Positions 42,167-56,190 of a stretch of 64,000 nt of DNA are shown here, piece by piece. Positions within the stretch are counted from its first letter, which is position 1, and each line of letters starts with the position of its first letter. The notes beneath the pieces were generated by a model. That model worked only from the letters and a program-made list of their open reading frames with translations. It made no database searches and had not been told where the DNA came from. The stretch comes from the human T2T-CHM13v2.0 reference genome, Homo sapiens: assembly GCF_009914755.1 (NCBI RefSeq), contig NC_060939.1. The stretch is one strand, 5' to 3'. The translations under genes were made by a program, and so were the position numbers.

Positions 42167-42199
42167 TGAGTCAGGTATATGTAATATGACTCAGCAAAA
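42167..42199. promoter_or_regulatory. Candidate ARE/MARE (NRF2-sMAF/BACH1) plus adjacent AP-1 site
   Basis: TGAGTCA at 42167-42173 and ATGACTCAGCA at 42186-42196 with an A-rich flank, in non-repeat DNA. Motif evidence only. Confidence 0.55.
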
Positions 42200-42230
42200 C
42201 CGCTCCATCATTCAATTATTCCTAGATTAG

Positions 42231-42606
<376 letters not shown>

Positions 42607-44627
42607 TATATTAGCTATATATAGCGAATATCAAGCCCAGCTTAAACACTCAACTTTGGGATTTGGTGGAGTTAGGAAAAGGTATGTCATGGATTGAAAA
42701 AAAAATTAGATGTTTGTAATTCCAAGGTATATAATGCCTTGAAACCAAGGTGGCAAGTATTAGTTGATTCTCTTCAGGATCACAGTCAGGAAGGGCTTTG
42801 CAGATGTTTTTATGAATCTTCAGAACAGCTGGAGGGAAAATTCTATATACCTTCCCTCTGTTTACCCTCTAACAGACTGACAAGTATTATCTCTGTTCTC
42901 AGGTACAGTCAGATTCCTGTTCCTGAGCAGAAGAGAAATCAGAAGTAGGAATAAATCTCTCCCCTAGAAAATGGGGATAAAACTTACCCTTAAAATGTGT
43001 TTATAAAGGACTTGATCTTTCAGTGAGTTTATTTAAAATTCGCAGTGAACTCAGTGCTAAGAATAAATATTTGCTGAACAAATTAATTGATTGAAAAGGT
43101 CAAACAAGATCTGTCTCGTATTCTGTAGTTTTTTCTTTGATACCCGGAGATTTGATGACACTTTTTAAAGACCATCAAAATGGTCCAGAAAAGGTTTAAA
43201 AACACAACCAAATTAGCACTGTTAGTACATTAGCCATTATAAATGTTCCTTGGGCGTTTCCCCTTTCTGTTTACTATGGCAGAGGAAAAGTTTCTGGTCC
43301 AGCGGGTCCTGGTCCTCCATGCTGACTTGGACATATTGCCATTTATCTCTCACTCAGTAATTCCTTGAAAACAACAACAAATTTTCAAACTGTATAATCA
43401 AAAGCAAATGGCCCTTAAATGGCCAAGGGTGTCTTAGCCCTCAGCCTGCTTTATGTGTTATCTCATCTTACCCTATGAAAGTTTTCCTGCTATTGTCCCC
43501 TTTTTGGTGAGTATTAGTAAAGTCACACAGACAGTAAGTAGCTGAGTCAGGATCTGAATCCAGGGGTAACAGACCCCCTGCCCTTATAATATGCCACCTC
43601 CTACTTTCACCATCTACAGGAAAGTTCTAGAAAAAACTATGGGACACCTATGTGAATGCTTTGTCAACTGTAAGGAATTAATAAAAGCTAAAAAAATCAC
43701 CAAGTGCCACCACTGGGATCCTGTCATTTCAAATGGGGAAAAGGCCTACCAGGTGGTTAGGTTAGTAAGTGGCATGGCAGAGACTGGAACCAGGGCTGTC
43801 AATTTCCTGGTAGGTCTGTGATCTTTCCAGGAGTATTAAAAGGTAGAGTCACAGTTCATGGCCCCTATCCACCTAGGAGCCACGCTGAGGTTGAGCTATC
43901 TGGGAAAGAATCTACGAGAGATAAGGATATTGGCAAAAACTCCAGTCCCCTTTGCAGGGGCTAAGGAGGTCTCCCTCTAACTTCACTCATTTGGTTGACT
44001 GACATGAGAAGAATCTCTCTGTGGATTGTGAATCTTCCACAGAGTCAAAGATATACAACTTACTTAGGCAGAAAAAGTATTTTGATATTCACAAAACTAT
44101 CCACTACTCTATTTCTGTAAAGAAAATGTTTTGACCCAATACAAGCTCATGGTATGGTAGCTTGGGCGCTGGCTTGGCAGTCAAGGACCTGAGTTCTGTG
44201 CCTGGCTGGGTGATCCCGGCCATGCTGCTTCCTATCTCGAAGACTCTGTTTTCCAAGCTGCATATGCCTGCCCTACTCACTTGGGAGGATGAAGCACCAT
44301 AGGCAGGTAAAGTATCACCATTATAATTACAAGAGTACCTTTAAAAAACCAAAAAAACAGGAAATATCAAGGATACTTTGTTAATGAACTTGCCAAATTA
44401 ATGCTATTTTCCAGTCCTCATACTTGATTCAGTCTTCCAGCTATCGAGCAGAATCCTGATCAAAAGCACTTGTGTTGTTTCTAAACCTGTTTATTCCTGT
44501 TGTTCTTTTTATTGAAATTATGTAATTTAATGACTTGATGGTAAACCAGATATATGACTGTCAAAAGGTACTATTTCTATAAGTTTTAATGAAAGAAGCT
44601 AAAATATTGCTGTTAAATGTAGGTATA

Positions 44628-44915
44628 GAAGGCCAGGGGAAACTGGGGAAACATGGCAACTAAATGCAATGTGGTAGTCAGGATTAGGTCCTGGAACAGA
44701 AAGGGGACAAAAATGGAAAAACCAGTGAAATCCATATAAAAACTAGCATTCAGTCAATCTAAATGTATCATTGCCAGTTTCTCAGTTTTAACAAATGGAT
44801 CACAGCAGTGTGAGATGCCAAGAATGGGGAAAGTAACTGAGAAGAGCTATATGAGAACTCTCTACTCTTTGCAACTTTTCTGCAATTTAAAAATTATTCC
44901 AAAATAAAAATTAAA
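44628..44915 (+). mobile_element. L1ME (ME1/2-like) 3' end
   Basis: ACATGGCAACTAAATGCAATGTG...CCTGGAACAGAAA...TTTGCAACTTTTCTGCAATTTAAAAATTATTCCAAAATAAAA. Confidence 0.8.
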
Positions 44916-45246
44916 GTGTATTGTTTAAAAAGTGTGGGAAACACAGTTTTAAAAGATTGAGAACAATTATAAATATCTAGAAAGATTCTATGGTGATATT
45001 TGCAAGAGTCTTTACTGAACTTTAAAAATACAGTAGGGAAATTACAGATGCTGTCATTATGGAGTATGTAGGGAAGACCTATAGGACTGCATTCGACAGA
45101 TTCATAATTCAAGTAAAAGCTTCATCCCTGCATCAGAATACAGACAAAGGATACAACATTTAATTTGTTGTAAGTTAAAGTGTTAAGGGATACAAGTGTC
45201 ATTTTCCATGATTCCCAATTTTGGCCAATTTTTTTCCATTAACCTA

Positions 45247-45731
<485 letters not shown>

Positions 45732-46139
45732 TCAGAATTCCTAGGATTTTTCAGTTGTTCTAATTAAGTCAGTCTAGGGAGGAATTCAATACAGTAACCC
45801 TTCATGAACAAGGAGAATTATAGAATGCACTGAAATAGCATAGTAAGAATAATCATCTCAGAAATTCAGGAGTTGGAATATACCTTCAAAATCATCTAGC
45901 AAACTACTTGTCTAATGGTACCTCCTCTACCCACCCACATAATACAATCTTCCAGCAAGCAGTGGGTGAGGAACCCACTACTGCTCAAGGCCATCAGTTT
46001 TCTCTTCAGACAGCTTTAAAATCTGTCCCTCTAAAAGATTCTACTCACGGATGCTTATCTGACATCTTTGGCCATAAGGAAGTGATCTAATTTCTCACTA
46101 ATAGCAGAGTCAGCGATTATCTGAAGTTGAGTCATTTCT

Positions 46140-46900
46140 TCCATTGTTCATTTGCTCATTCATTCACCCATTTACCAAATATTGACAACAAATACGTGGA
46201 AAGTGCTGACCAGCACAGTAAATATAAACATAAAAAAGGTCATATATCTGCCTTCATGAAGCTGGTGGAGGAAGAGAAAATTTACAAACAAATAAATAGA
46301 AAATAATATGAAATATGAATATGTGAAAGTAATATGAAAAACGAAGGCTGTAATAGACAGTGCCTATTCAAAGTGCCTCCTGAAGAGTGGGTGGGCAAGG
46401 AAGGCTCAGAGCATGGGCCTATCTGGCAGAAGGGCTTTCTAGGAGAGGGACCCACTACTGCAATGATCCTAGAGCAGGAACAAGTACATCGTGTTGGAAC
46501 ACAAAGAAGGCCCGTGTGGCTGGAGTTTAGTGGGCAGGAGGGGTGAGTGGTGTGAGAGAAGACTGGAAAGGCAGAAGTGGTTAAATCAGTTTGTACGGCA
46601 TGAGTATGAGGTTGGATTTGATTCCAAGAGGAATGAAGATGAAATAACAGAGTGCTGTGACCTATGCGGCAGGTGGAGACAAAGGAAGACCAAGAGTGGA
46701 AGCAGAGAAACCTGCTTGATATGGGCCAGGTGAGAAGGTGGTAGCTTGGATTACAAAAGCAGTAGGTGTGGAGATGGAGAGCAATGAATTGATTCCAGAC
46801 ACTTTTTGAAGTTAAGAGTCAACAGGACTAGCTGTCAGACATGAGAGCACAAAAGGAATCAAGGAAAAGTATGACACATTTGGCATATGCTATGAAAAGG
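46140..46900 (-). mobile_element. L2 relic
   Basis: TCATTCATTCACCCATTTACCAAATATTGA, CTGCCTTCATGAAGCT, GGCCCGTGTGGCTGGAGT, GATTCCAGACACTTTTTGAAG...AACAGGACT. Confidence 0.7.
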
Positions 46901-48008
46901 GATTTCCTTTGTGGGATCCCAGTAAATCCTCTTAAACAATCAGTGGAGCAGGTAGCCTTACACTCATTTTTATATGAGGATACTGAAATGTCAGGGATGA
47001 AATGATTTGCCAAGGGTTACAAAGCTTGTGAAGCAAGGATTTGAATTCAGGACTTCTGACCCAGACTTTTCTATGATTGCAGCTTTTATTTCAATATTTT
47101 ATGTTTCTTGTCAAAGAAAAAAACTCAACAAAACACATTCTATTAACCACGTGTTTTTATAAAATAGAGGGTAGAAATAGAGGGTGCAAACTGAGAGGAG
47201 GAAACCAGGACAACATAACTCATCCTTCCCACCTAGAAATGTCACAATCACAGCTTCAAAGGAAAACACAAACTTCTTCCATTAATTAAACGGATGAATC
47301 AAGTTTCAGTTTCCTCTCTCCTTTCTGTACAACTTGTCTTTGAAGGCATTTCATTTGGGAAATGTGTGACCTTTAGTCACCATGCTCAATTAATTGAATG
47401 CTTTGCATCAAAAGTCACCATGCCGATCCACATTTTACACCCACTGCTTTTCTGAAATACTTATCCCAGTTCCTTAGGTCTGTTTTGTTGAAATCATTTT
47501 ACAAAAATAAATCATATCAAAGTTTTTTTTATTATTTCTAAAACTTTGCTTGCAAAACTAAATATTTTTAACACCATGGCAACATGGTCAGGACTCTGGC
47601 TAATGTATCCAGTCTCGTACCAGAGCTCAGACTTAGTAAACTACTGCTGTGGACAAATGGGCTGTGAAGGAGGAAAGAGCTAATAAATTAGACATGGTCA
47701 ATAATCATTCAAGTCATGTCTTCTGGAGCTTCCCAAAAGGTGATAAATTAGCCAGACCTGTCCTAATGATCAATACCCTGCTCTCCCTTCTAGAACACAC
47801 CAGCATCCATTGAGTAAAGTGCAGACTGCAAGGCCTCTCAGGAATTTAAGTACTACCTCACACCTCCTGAGGTACTTCCTCAGGCATCGCCTCATCTGAC
47901 CCTTTCAATATCCCTTTGTGTTGGGCAGAATCCAGAAGTATGATCGGCTCCATTTTTTTTTTCAGTTGAGAGTCACAGAGGCTAAGTGATGTGGCAAAGT
48001 GCATGGTT

Positions 48009-48159
48009 TATCATGTGATAAGAGGCAGAATTAACTTTAAACTTACATCTCCTAAATCTCAGTTCAGTACTATTTTCAACACACCAGCCTCTGTCATTGA
48101 AACTTAACAAATTCACAAATGCTTTGTTTCATTGTGGGATTTTTTGTTTTTATGTATTT
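48009..48159. repeat. Copy A of ~150-bp direct duplication (partner 49216-49368), partly MIR-derived
   Basis: GGCAGAATTAACTTTAAACTT...CATTGAAACTTAAC...TTTCATTGTGGG.TTTTTTGTTTTT shared; about 84% identity by hand. Confidence 0.92.
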
Positions 48160-49215
48160 GTCAAAGTTATACGTGCACGCAGTTTAAAGAATCAGTACAT
48201 TCTATGCACTTTAAGAACAGCAGTCCCCCATCTCCACCCCACCATTTCCTCAATTCTTCCTCCTCAGAGGCTACCTCTTTTACCAATTTTATGTGATTAT
48301 TTGGTGCTTAGTAGTATGTCTCTAACAAGCTTCTATTGTTTTTTTTTTATTTTTCTCTTTATCAACTATAAATGATGTAGTTCTTTCCTTCACTCCCGCC
48401 TCTTCACTTCCATCACCCCAATATAGCACACGGTACCATGACTTGGTTAGACTAGCGTTTGGTGTTGACATTATTATGACTTTGCAAAAACAACTCGCAG
48501 TCCCAGCTGATATATGGAAACTCTGATTATTCCACATTTCCCGCACATTTCCTCTTTCTCTCACACTTGCTCTCAGAATTTTTTTTTCTGATTTAGTTTG
48601 TTTTCTATGAGCTTAACGTTAAATGAACCTCACACTTGTTACTAGTTGTATAAAATCTCTTGTCCAAACGTTCAGATATATTAGATGTATTAATTGTGTA
48701 TTCCTTAAGAACCTTCTCCATGATGCTTTTGACTTAATCAAATCTGAAATGTTTTCTTTCAATGTCTGGCTGCCATCCTGGGCTTTTTCTCTGTGCTGGA
48801 GGCTCCATTCACCTTCCTTCTCCACTGAATTTTTATTTCCTGTGACCTATGTCTTCCTCTTTAATGGGACAGCACTTTCTTTAGTAGCATCCTGAAGATA
48901 ACTGTATGGGAGATAAGTATTTTGAGAAATTGCATGTCTCAAAATGTTTTTAATCTGTCCTCATATTTGACTAATAGTTTGGTGGATATAAGGTTCTGGA
49001 CTGGGAATAATTTTTCTTCAGAATCCTGATGCATTTGTAGCTTTTAGTAATGCTACTGAAAAGTCTGAAGTCATTCTGTTTCCTGACTGTGTGTGTAATC
49101 CATCCCCACATCCCACCTACTCCTAGAAGGGGGTGAGCTTTTCTTTTTGTCCTAAGTATTCTGAAATGTTCTAGTAATAGTATAAATCTGTTTTACTTCC
49201 CCCATATTAGTCAAA
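48160..49215 (-). mobile_element. Old L1M/HAL1-like element (possible continuation ~49600-49815)
   Basis: 3'-end-like AAAGTTATACGTGCACGCAGTTTAAA...AACAGCAGTCCCC...CAGAGGCTACC, and ORF1-region-like TGCATGTCTCAAAATG...TAGTTTGGTGGATATA...GAAAAGTCTGA. Confidence 0.6.
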
Positions 49216-49368
49216 TATCACATGGTAAGTGGCAGAATTAACTTTAAACTTTTGTCTCCTAAATCCTAGTTCAGTGCTATTGTCAACACCCCAGCCTATG
49301 CCATTGAAACTTAACTGCCATTCACAAAGCTTCATTTCATTGTGGGGTTTTTTGTTTTTGCATATTTT
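49216..49368. repeat. Copy B of ~150-bp direct duplication
   Basis: Aligns to 48009-48159 in the same orientation. Confidence 0.92.
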
Positions 49369-50000
49369 TTGTATATTTTGTATATTAATCAAATACGGGG
49401 GAGTAAAACAGATTTATACTATTATTAAAACATTAAAACTTTTTAGGCCTTTTAAAATTAGGAACTCATCCAACATTTTTAGACATTTTAAATGACTGTA
49501 TTAATTTATGTACAAATATGTATGACTTTCTGCATGTTTGTATAAATATGCACAAACTTGTGGTACATGTAAGTCTTATAGTAAAAGTTGGATTGCTTCT
49601 CACCTCCTATCACTCCTGGATTAGAATTCAGCTTTCTTGTTTGATTAATTCATTTATCATGTATACATCTGTTTTTGAGTTTCCAAAATTTTGTGGTTCT
49701 CTCTATGCTTTAAAATTGATGCTTTTAAAGAATTCTACTATCGTTCTAGAAATTTTCAAAAGGAACTGAAATTCCATGAGTGTTCAGTCCTTGATGAGTG
49801 TTCAATCAATGACGTTTCCACCAAAGTCCTCCAAAAGGTTTCCAAAGTGACTTTTCCCCCTTACTAGAACCATATTGTTGTTTATGGGCCATGTTTTAAT
49901 TAGTAATTAAAGAAAATTTTCACCCTCATGACAAGATCTAATTTTTGTCTTTTTTCCTCTTACAAGAAGCATTTAAACTCTCATGGAGGGAAAGCCACTT

Positions 50001-50020
50001 GAAGACACCAGGTGGCAGAG
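50001..50020 (+). promoter_or_regulatory. Candidate CTCF site
   Basis: GACACCAGGTGGCAGAG matches the CTCF core. Motif evidence only. Confidence 0.45.
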
Positions 50021-50911
50021 GTCATTCGTTTTGCAGGGTCAGGGCTGGTCTTGAGCACAGGAAGCATAGCTCACCCTCTTATGTGACTTGACAAGTTCTG
50101 GAAAATTCCCTTACCTTCTCATCTACATCAGGAGCCCAATACATCTAACTTCCACACATGGAAGAGATAACAAAACCTTGCAGGTTGCCCAGGGATGGCC
50201 CTTTAGTCCTCTGCTATTAGTTCAGTTAGCCACATCAGACTAGTATGCTTTCTTTTGGGTCACGAAGGAATAAAACAGAGGCTAGGTCAATGTCAGAGAG
50301 ACAGAGAGGGAGTCAGAGAAACTGAAAAATATTGACAGGCAGGAGGTGGAAGGAGAGAGACTACAATAGGCAGACTGGTTGAGTGGTTGTATGTAGAGAC
50401 AAGAGAAAGCCTGAATTCAATCCAATTTTTATCTGTAGTCCCTTTAGAAGATGAGCCACAGAACGAAGTGGGGCTTATTCTTCAAACTTTATCATTCTGG
50501 ATCACATTTTTTGTGCTTTTAGGGTGAGCCTGCAAACTGTAAAGGAACAAAGTACGGCACAGATAAACCTGTTTCAAATTTCAGCTTTGCCAGTAGTAGC
50601 AAAGTAACTTCCACTTCCTTACTGTAACAACACAGGTAATAACACTTACTTTGAAGGAGTTTTAAGAAATAGAAATGATGTAAGCAAATTTGCTGGTATT
50701 AAGTGCTCATTAAATGGTAAGTGTTGTCATTAGTGATGGTGGAAATGGACACACGCCACACCCTTAACCACATTTATAGACCCTTTGTCCACTGTCTACA
50801 CTGGTAGGGAGGAGAATTTTATTGCTGCCATTGTTTAGAATTGCTAGTGCATAATGATAATAAAAAACGAACTGACTTCTAGTTGACTTTATTATTGCTT
50901 TTAGATTCTCT

Positions 50912-51088
50912 ACAGACATGCCAGATAAAAAACAGTACACCAAGTTAAATTAGAATTTCAGATAAGAAAAAATTTTTTAGTGTAAGTGTGTACCATGCAA
51001 TATTTGAGATACACTTACATTTAAAAAAAAACCCTGAAAGAAAAGTATTGGGCCTCCTGAATTTTATTTAATAAATTTGACAACCCTA
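50912..51088. mobile_element. MER53-like palindromic hAT MITE
   Basis: GCCAGATAAAAAACAG...AGTTAAATTAGAATTTCAGATAA...CCATGCAATATTTGAGATACACTTA...GACAACCCTA. Confidence 0.82.
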
Positions 51089-51508
51089 AGAGTAAGGAAG
51101 AACCATTTTGCTTCCTAAGATAATATCAACAGGAAACACTTTCTTAAATTCTCTTTGGGGCCCAATAGCACTGACTGACTCAGGCAAGGGCCACACTTTC
51201 ATCGGAGTGGACAGATACATTGATTCCTGACAGAACAAGAGCCAGCATGGCTGTAAGAAGCCAGAATCAAAGAGGATGGTGACGAGGCAAACTTGCATTA
51301 AAAGCTGCTGAAGAGCAGGGACAGAGGAACCGTTTCCCCTCCCACAGTAACACAAAGTTGAATATCCATTAGATTAGCAACCAGTTCTTAGCATTCCTCC
51401 CTCCTACTCATAGTCAACTCTTGATCAACTGCAGTAATAGGAAGAGAAAAGGACATCACACATAACCCCAAATGAAAATGAAAACAAAACTGATCAAGGG
51501 TAAGATCA

Positions 51509-51794
51509 GGTCCAGTGGTGGCTCATGCCTGTAATCCTGGCACTATGGGAGGCCAAGGCCGGAGGATCGCTTGAGCCCAGGAAATTTGAGACTAGCCTAG
51601 GCAACACAGTGAGACCCTGTCTGTACAAAAAATACAATTTACAAAATTAGCTGGGCGTGGTGGTATACATCTGTAGTCCCAGCTGCTTAGGAGGCTGAGG
51701 TAGGAGGATTGCTGGAGCTCAGAATATTGAGGTTTCAGTGAGCCATGATTGTGCTGTTACTCTCAAGCCTGGGCAATAGAGCAAGAACCTATCT

Positions 51795-51828
<34 letters not shown>
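51509..51828 (+). mobile_element. AluJ with 33-nt pure A tail
   Basis: GGAGGATCGCTTGAGCCCAGG and GGAGGATTGCTGGAGCTCAG. A-run at 51796-51828. Confidence 0.92.
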
Positions 51829-51830
<2 letters not shown>

Positions 51831-52401
51831 ATGAGATCAAGCGGTAAGTAATGACATGTGGCCTTGTTTCTGCTAAGTCAGACCTGCCCTCCCCTACGTT
51901 ACTAGAGATCCTGACTCCTGCAGGCAGGACCCAGTAATATCATTTCACCAACAACCGTGTTGCTAGTACAATCAATATCCTTTCTTCTTAAAGTACCTTT
52001 TACACAACTTATGCTCTGTAAAAATATTACTAAGTAGACAATGAAAGGGAAAAGAAAGCAAGCCAATGTTTCATGCTTTAAGTTAGGAAATGCTGTTTTA
52101 AACAGCATTAAACTTTTTTTTAACTACAGAACTTCCCAGAGGCTTTAATAAGCTCATGTGCTTTGAATCCCTAGGATATGATTTTCGTACAGAGCATGTC
52201 CAGGTTTATTTGATCATAGACTCTTTCAGAGAACAACAGTTCCAGTTCACATTTCAGGTAATATTTTTAGGTGCTACTATTTGACGAATCCTACATCTAT
52301 AGTTTCAGCAATGCTGCACGCGCATGTGTGTGTTTGTGTATGTGTGTGTGTCTGTCTCTGGTATTAACTGGTGCAATCAGAAAGAAGAGTCCACTCCTTG
52401 G

Positions 52402-52902
52402 TGTATTAGTTTCTGATTGCTACTATAATAAATTAGCACAAACTTAGGAGGCTTAAAACACCAGAAATATATCACCTTTTAGTTCTATATGTTAGAAGTC
52501 TGACATGGGACTCACAGGCTAAACTCAAGGTGCTGACAGGGCTGTACTCCCTTTTAGAGGCTCTAGGGAGAATCTGTTCCTTGCCTTTTCCACTTCTAGA
52601 GGCTTCCCACATTCCTTGGCTCACGGCCCACTTCCTCCATCTTCAAAGCCAGCGACATTACATCTCTCTGATCATTCTTACGTCGTTATATCTCCCTCTG
52701 ATCATAGCCAGGGAAAGTCCTCAGCGTTTAAAGACTGACTTTAAAGATTCATGTGATTAGATTAGGCCCACTTGGACGGTCCAGGATAATCTCCCCATGT
52801 CAACATCAGCAAAGTCCCTTTTTGCCATGTAAGGCAACATGTTCACAGATTCTAGGGATTAGGGTTTGGACATCCTTGGGGGGCATTATTCTGCCTACCA
52901 CA
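52402..52902 (-). mobile_element. MLT1 (D-like) ERVL-MaLR solo LTR
   Basis: TGTATTAGTTTC...GGCTTAAAACA...GAGGCTCTAGGGAGAATCTGTTCCTTGCC...CCAGGATAATCTCCCCAT...ATTCTGCCTACCACA; TG...CA ends. Confidence 0.9.
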
Positions 52903-53699
52903 TATGGGTGGGTAAGAACACCCTGAGAGTTCCAGCCAGCAAGGACAAAGAGGGAGAATGAAAGTAACTATTGCCATTGTTTGTGTTTTCTCAATTATTG
53001 CTTACAACTTCACAGTATCAGGGAAATTGAAATTATTGTCTTGTTAAGGGATGTAGAACAATAAACAAAATATGGAACATGTTCCCAAGCACCAAGAACT
53101 TGGTTCTCTCTTTACAATGTAGAGAAGCAAGCACAAGTGCTCTGTGAATTAGATACTCCACAAACATAGCCAGCTGGCCTCTCAGCAACACCGGCTGATT
53201 ATACAGGCTGTGCACTTTCCAGTGAAAGGTACATGCCCTTAATCAGCTTTATTGAAGCTGCCCTCACTAAGAAACTGTGCAGACATTATTTCCTATGATG
53301 CAGGTCCTATAACTGTCCCATTTTACAGGTGAGAAAGTGAATACTTTCTACGATTATGCTACTTGACAAGCTGTTACTTTCACTGAACCAGTAAAACATA
53401 CACATCTGAACTCAAAGCCTGATCTTAGTCCTATGTAATGTGCCTATTTGTATGTCTATTTGACAATCCATCTACCTGGACTTCTTCCCCTTTCCAATTC
53501 CAACCCAAAGCAAGTTCCTTCCTGTGACTCTATCTGATCTGACAGTCTACATGTGTGGTTTTGGGAGTGTGTGCACACGTGTGCATGCTTGTGTATATAT
53601 GTTCAGTAACTCTAATTTTTTTCTTCATGAGGCTTCACATTTTGAATGCCAAAACTTTCTGTCTGATCTCCAATCAGATGTGGTGACTTCTGGGTCACA

Positions 53700-53940
53700 G
53701 GCGTGATATGTATTGAACACATGCCTTAGAAGTCGTATCTAGTTTCAAAACTTGACTAGATCATCACCTCTGAAACACTGGCAAATTACTTGAGCACCAC
53801 AAACTTCAGCTTTCTTATCTTGTGAGAAGTCAAAAATAGTATCTGCCTCACAAGGTCACTGCAGAATTAAAAGAGGTGATATAGATAAAGCACTTGATAG
53901 ATAATAATGACACAATAAGTTGCAGTTGATACTATTATCA
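53700..53940 (+). mobile_element. MIR
   Basis: GGCAAATTACTTGAGC...CTTCAGCTTTCTTATCT...GATAAAGCACTT. Confidence 0.6.
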
Positions 53941-56039
53941 ATTCCATGCTACGTTTACCTGCATAAAAATGCCATTCAAAGTTCTTGCCTCTCTGAAAGA
54001 TGCTTAATGACAACTTCTACTTAAATCAGTGACATTAGTATGACCAATAACCATAGGTTAATTCACATTAGGTTAAGGTGTGTTAATACTATTTTTTTTT
54101 TTTTTTAAAAGACTCTGCCTGCCTGGAGATCTAGGGCCTGATACTTCTTGAAATTTGCTAATCACATCTGGTTTAGCTTTAGACATTTTCTGGGATTTTG
54201 CCAGCAGCTACGACACTTTAATGGCTACAATAAACCTCAAAGCCTCATCAAATCTTTGCTGTATGTGTGAAAATTATGTCCTCTTCAATTAAACATTCAA
54301 TCTCAGCTCACACCAAGGCCTTATGGAAAAGGAGGTGAAACCTGAATGGAAACGTTAAGATGAAACGGACCGCCACGATTCTGGCCATCTTGCCAGATGG
54401 TATTTAGAAGAAAAAGAAATTCATTAGAGAACCTACGGTGTGTATTTTCTTTAAATATTTACTGGGTACCTTTCATGTGTTGAAAACACTGGCATCTCTA
54501 AAGATTAGCAGGGCATTTTTGTTTAAATATTCCATGTGTGTGAGGTGGGGGGAGTCATTTCCTCATTTGCCTTTGTGGTACTTCATGTGTTTTGGTGAAG
54601 CCTGGTACAAAGAAGAAAAGTAACTGAGACAATGTTCAGTTTTCTTTCCTAAGGCCGCTCTACCTGCTTCAAAAGCTCTTGTATTTTCCTAAAATCGGCT
54701 GAGGAAAGTGTCAGTTGAGTACTGAGAGATCCGGAACGACAATTCAGAGCCTCCCTAGACAAAAGAAGGTGTACCAAAGTGAGGCGCTATGGGGGAACCC
54801 TTGTCTCTCTGCTCGCCTCCCAGTTCACTCCTCTTATCCTCTTGCTATTTATCATCAAACGTACAGGGACGTCAAAGTGAGGCAGCCCCTGGAAGGAGAA
54901 GGGAAAAGATCAAACAGGGATCAGGTTTCGGCTCAAAGACTATAGGAGAGGTCAGGCCAAGGGTTTCACAAGGGGCCAAGAGACAAGAGGGAATGGGCAT
55001 TCAGGAACAGCCGTGGAGCAAACAAGCTCCCCTGCCATTGCTAACTCTTGCTGCCACACTGAGGACCAGCCTGGGCCCTAATTCTACCAGTGGAGAGGGA
55101 CAGACAAAAATGCTAGCTGGTAGCTTACTACGCTTTATTACAATATTAATCAAGCTCCTCAACTTCAACAAGGATACAACCGCCAATTCTTCAGGAGACA
55201 GAAAATAACGACCGCAAGTTCACATATCGCATTTCTAAAGGAAGCATCCATTTGTTTGAATTCATTCAACCACATCAATGGGAGAAAAAAAACCCACGTT
55301 CCTTTAAAAATAATATACAAGATAAAAATATTCACCTGTAACCATTATCCTTTCCATGTAAGTTTTATGCCCAAAGTAAAAATAAATGGCTCTCTTTGCC
55401 ACCGGGAGCAGATCTTTCCCACTTTACTTCCATTTCCAAGCTGTTCTCAGCCTCAGACTTAGGTTTCTGAGTACTCTTTCACAATAAACATTTTAAAAAT
55501 GTTTACTTTATGTCTTGGTCTTAAAATATTCCTGGTTGAAGCCCTTCATTTCCTCAAGCTCTGCTTCTGGCACTCTGGGCTCCATTTCCACATTAACACG
55601 CTCTCTAAATCCTCCGCAGAGCTCTTCAATTGGAGTTATACAAGCTCCAAGGCAAGTATTTATATTCTTGGACAAGGAGATGTCTCCACAGTAAAAACAC
55701 GAGACTCTAGAAATGCCAAAGGAAAATTCCTGCCCAAGTGAGACATATTTTCACCTTTTAAAAAAGCCAAAAAGGGGCTTTCAGCATTTTCTTTTGACTA
55801 ATTAAAAATGTAAATTAAACTAAAATGGAATGTTTACTGTGGGCCTTACCATCATTATTAGACTCATATATAAACCAAACATACAGGAACATGTGTGTAT
55901 GTGTACGATATGTATGATATACATATATATTTAAAGCAGCAGAGTAAACTAGCTAATGTGTAAGTTCTAGAAACTAGAAACTAGAAAATGTGAGTTCTAA
56001 TTAGACAGACTTGATTAGACTTGATTAGAGCTCAGTAAA

Positions 56040-56190
56040 TCTGTCTATTACTGGCTGTGTGAACTTAACTTCTCTAAGCCTCATTTTTCTCATCTGTAAA
56101 ATGGGTTTAGTGTAGTTCCAGCTTATTAAGATTGTTATATGAGACAACAGTAAGCATCTAGTAAATGGTTACTGCTATTATCATTAATAA
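56040..56190 (+). mobile_element. MIR
   Basis: TACTGGCTGTGTGAACTTAACTTCTCTAAGCCTCATTTTTCTCATCTGTAAAATGGG. Confidence 0.75.

Noticed and set aside
54789-55208. 139-aa plus-strand ORF
   Set aside because: No recognisable domain or convincing splice context; length is within chance expectation for 64 kb in six frames.
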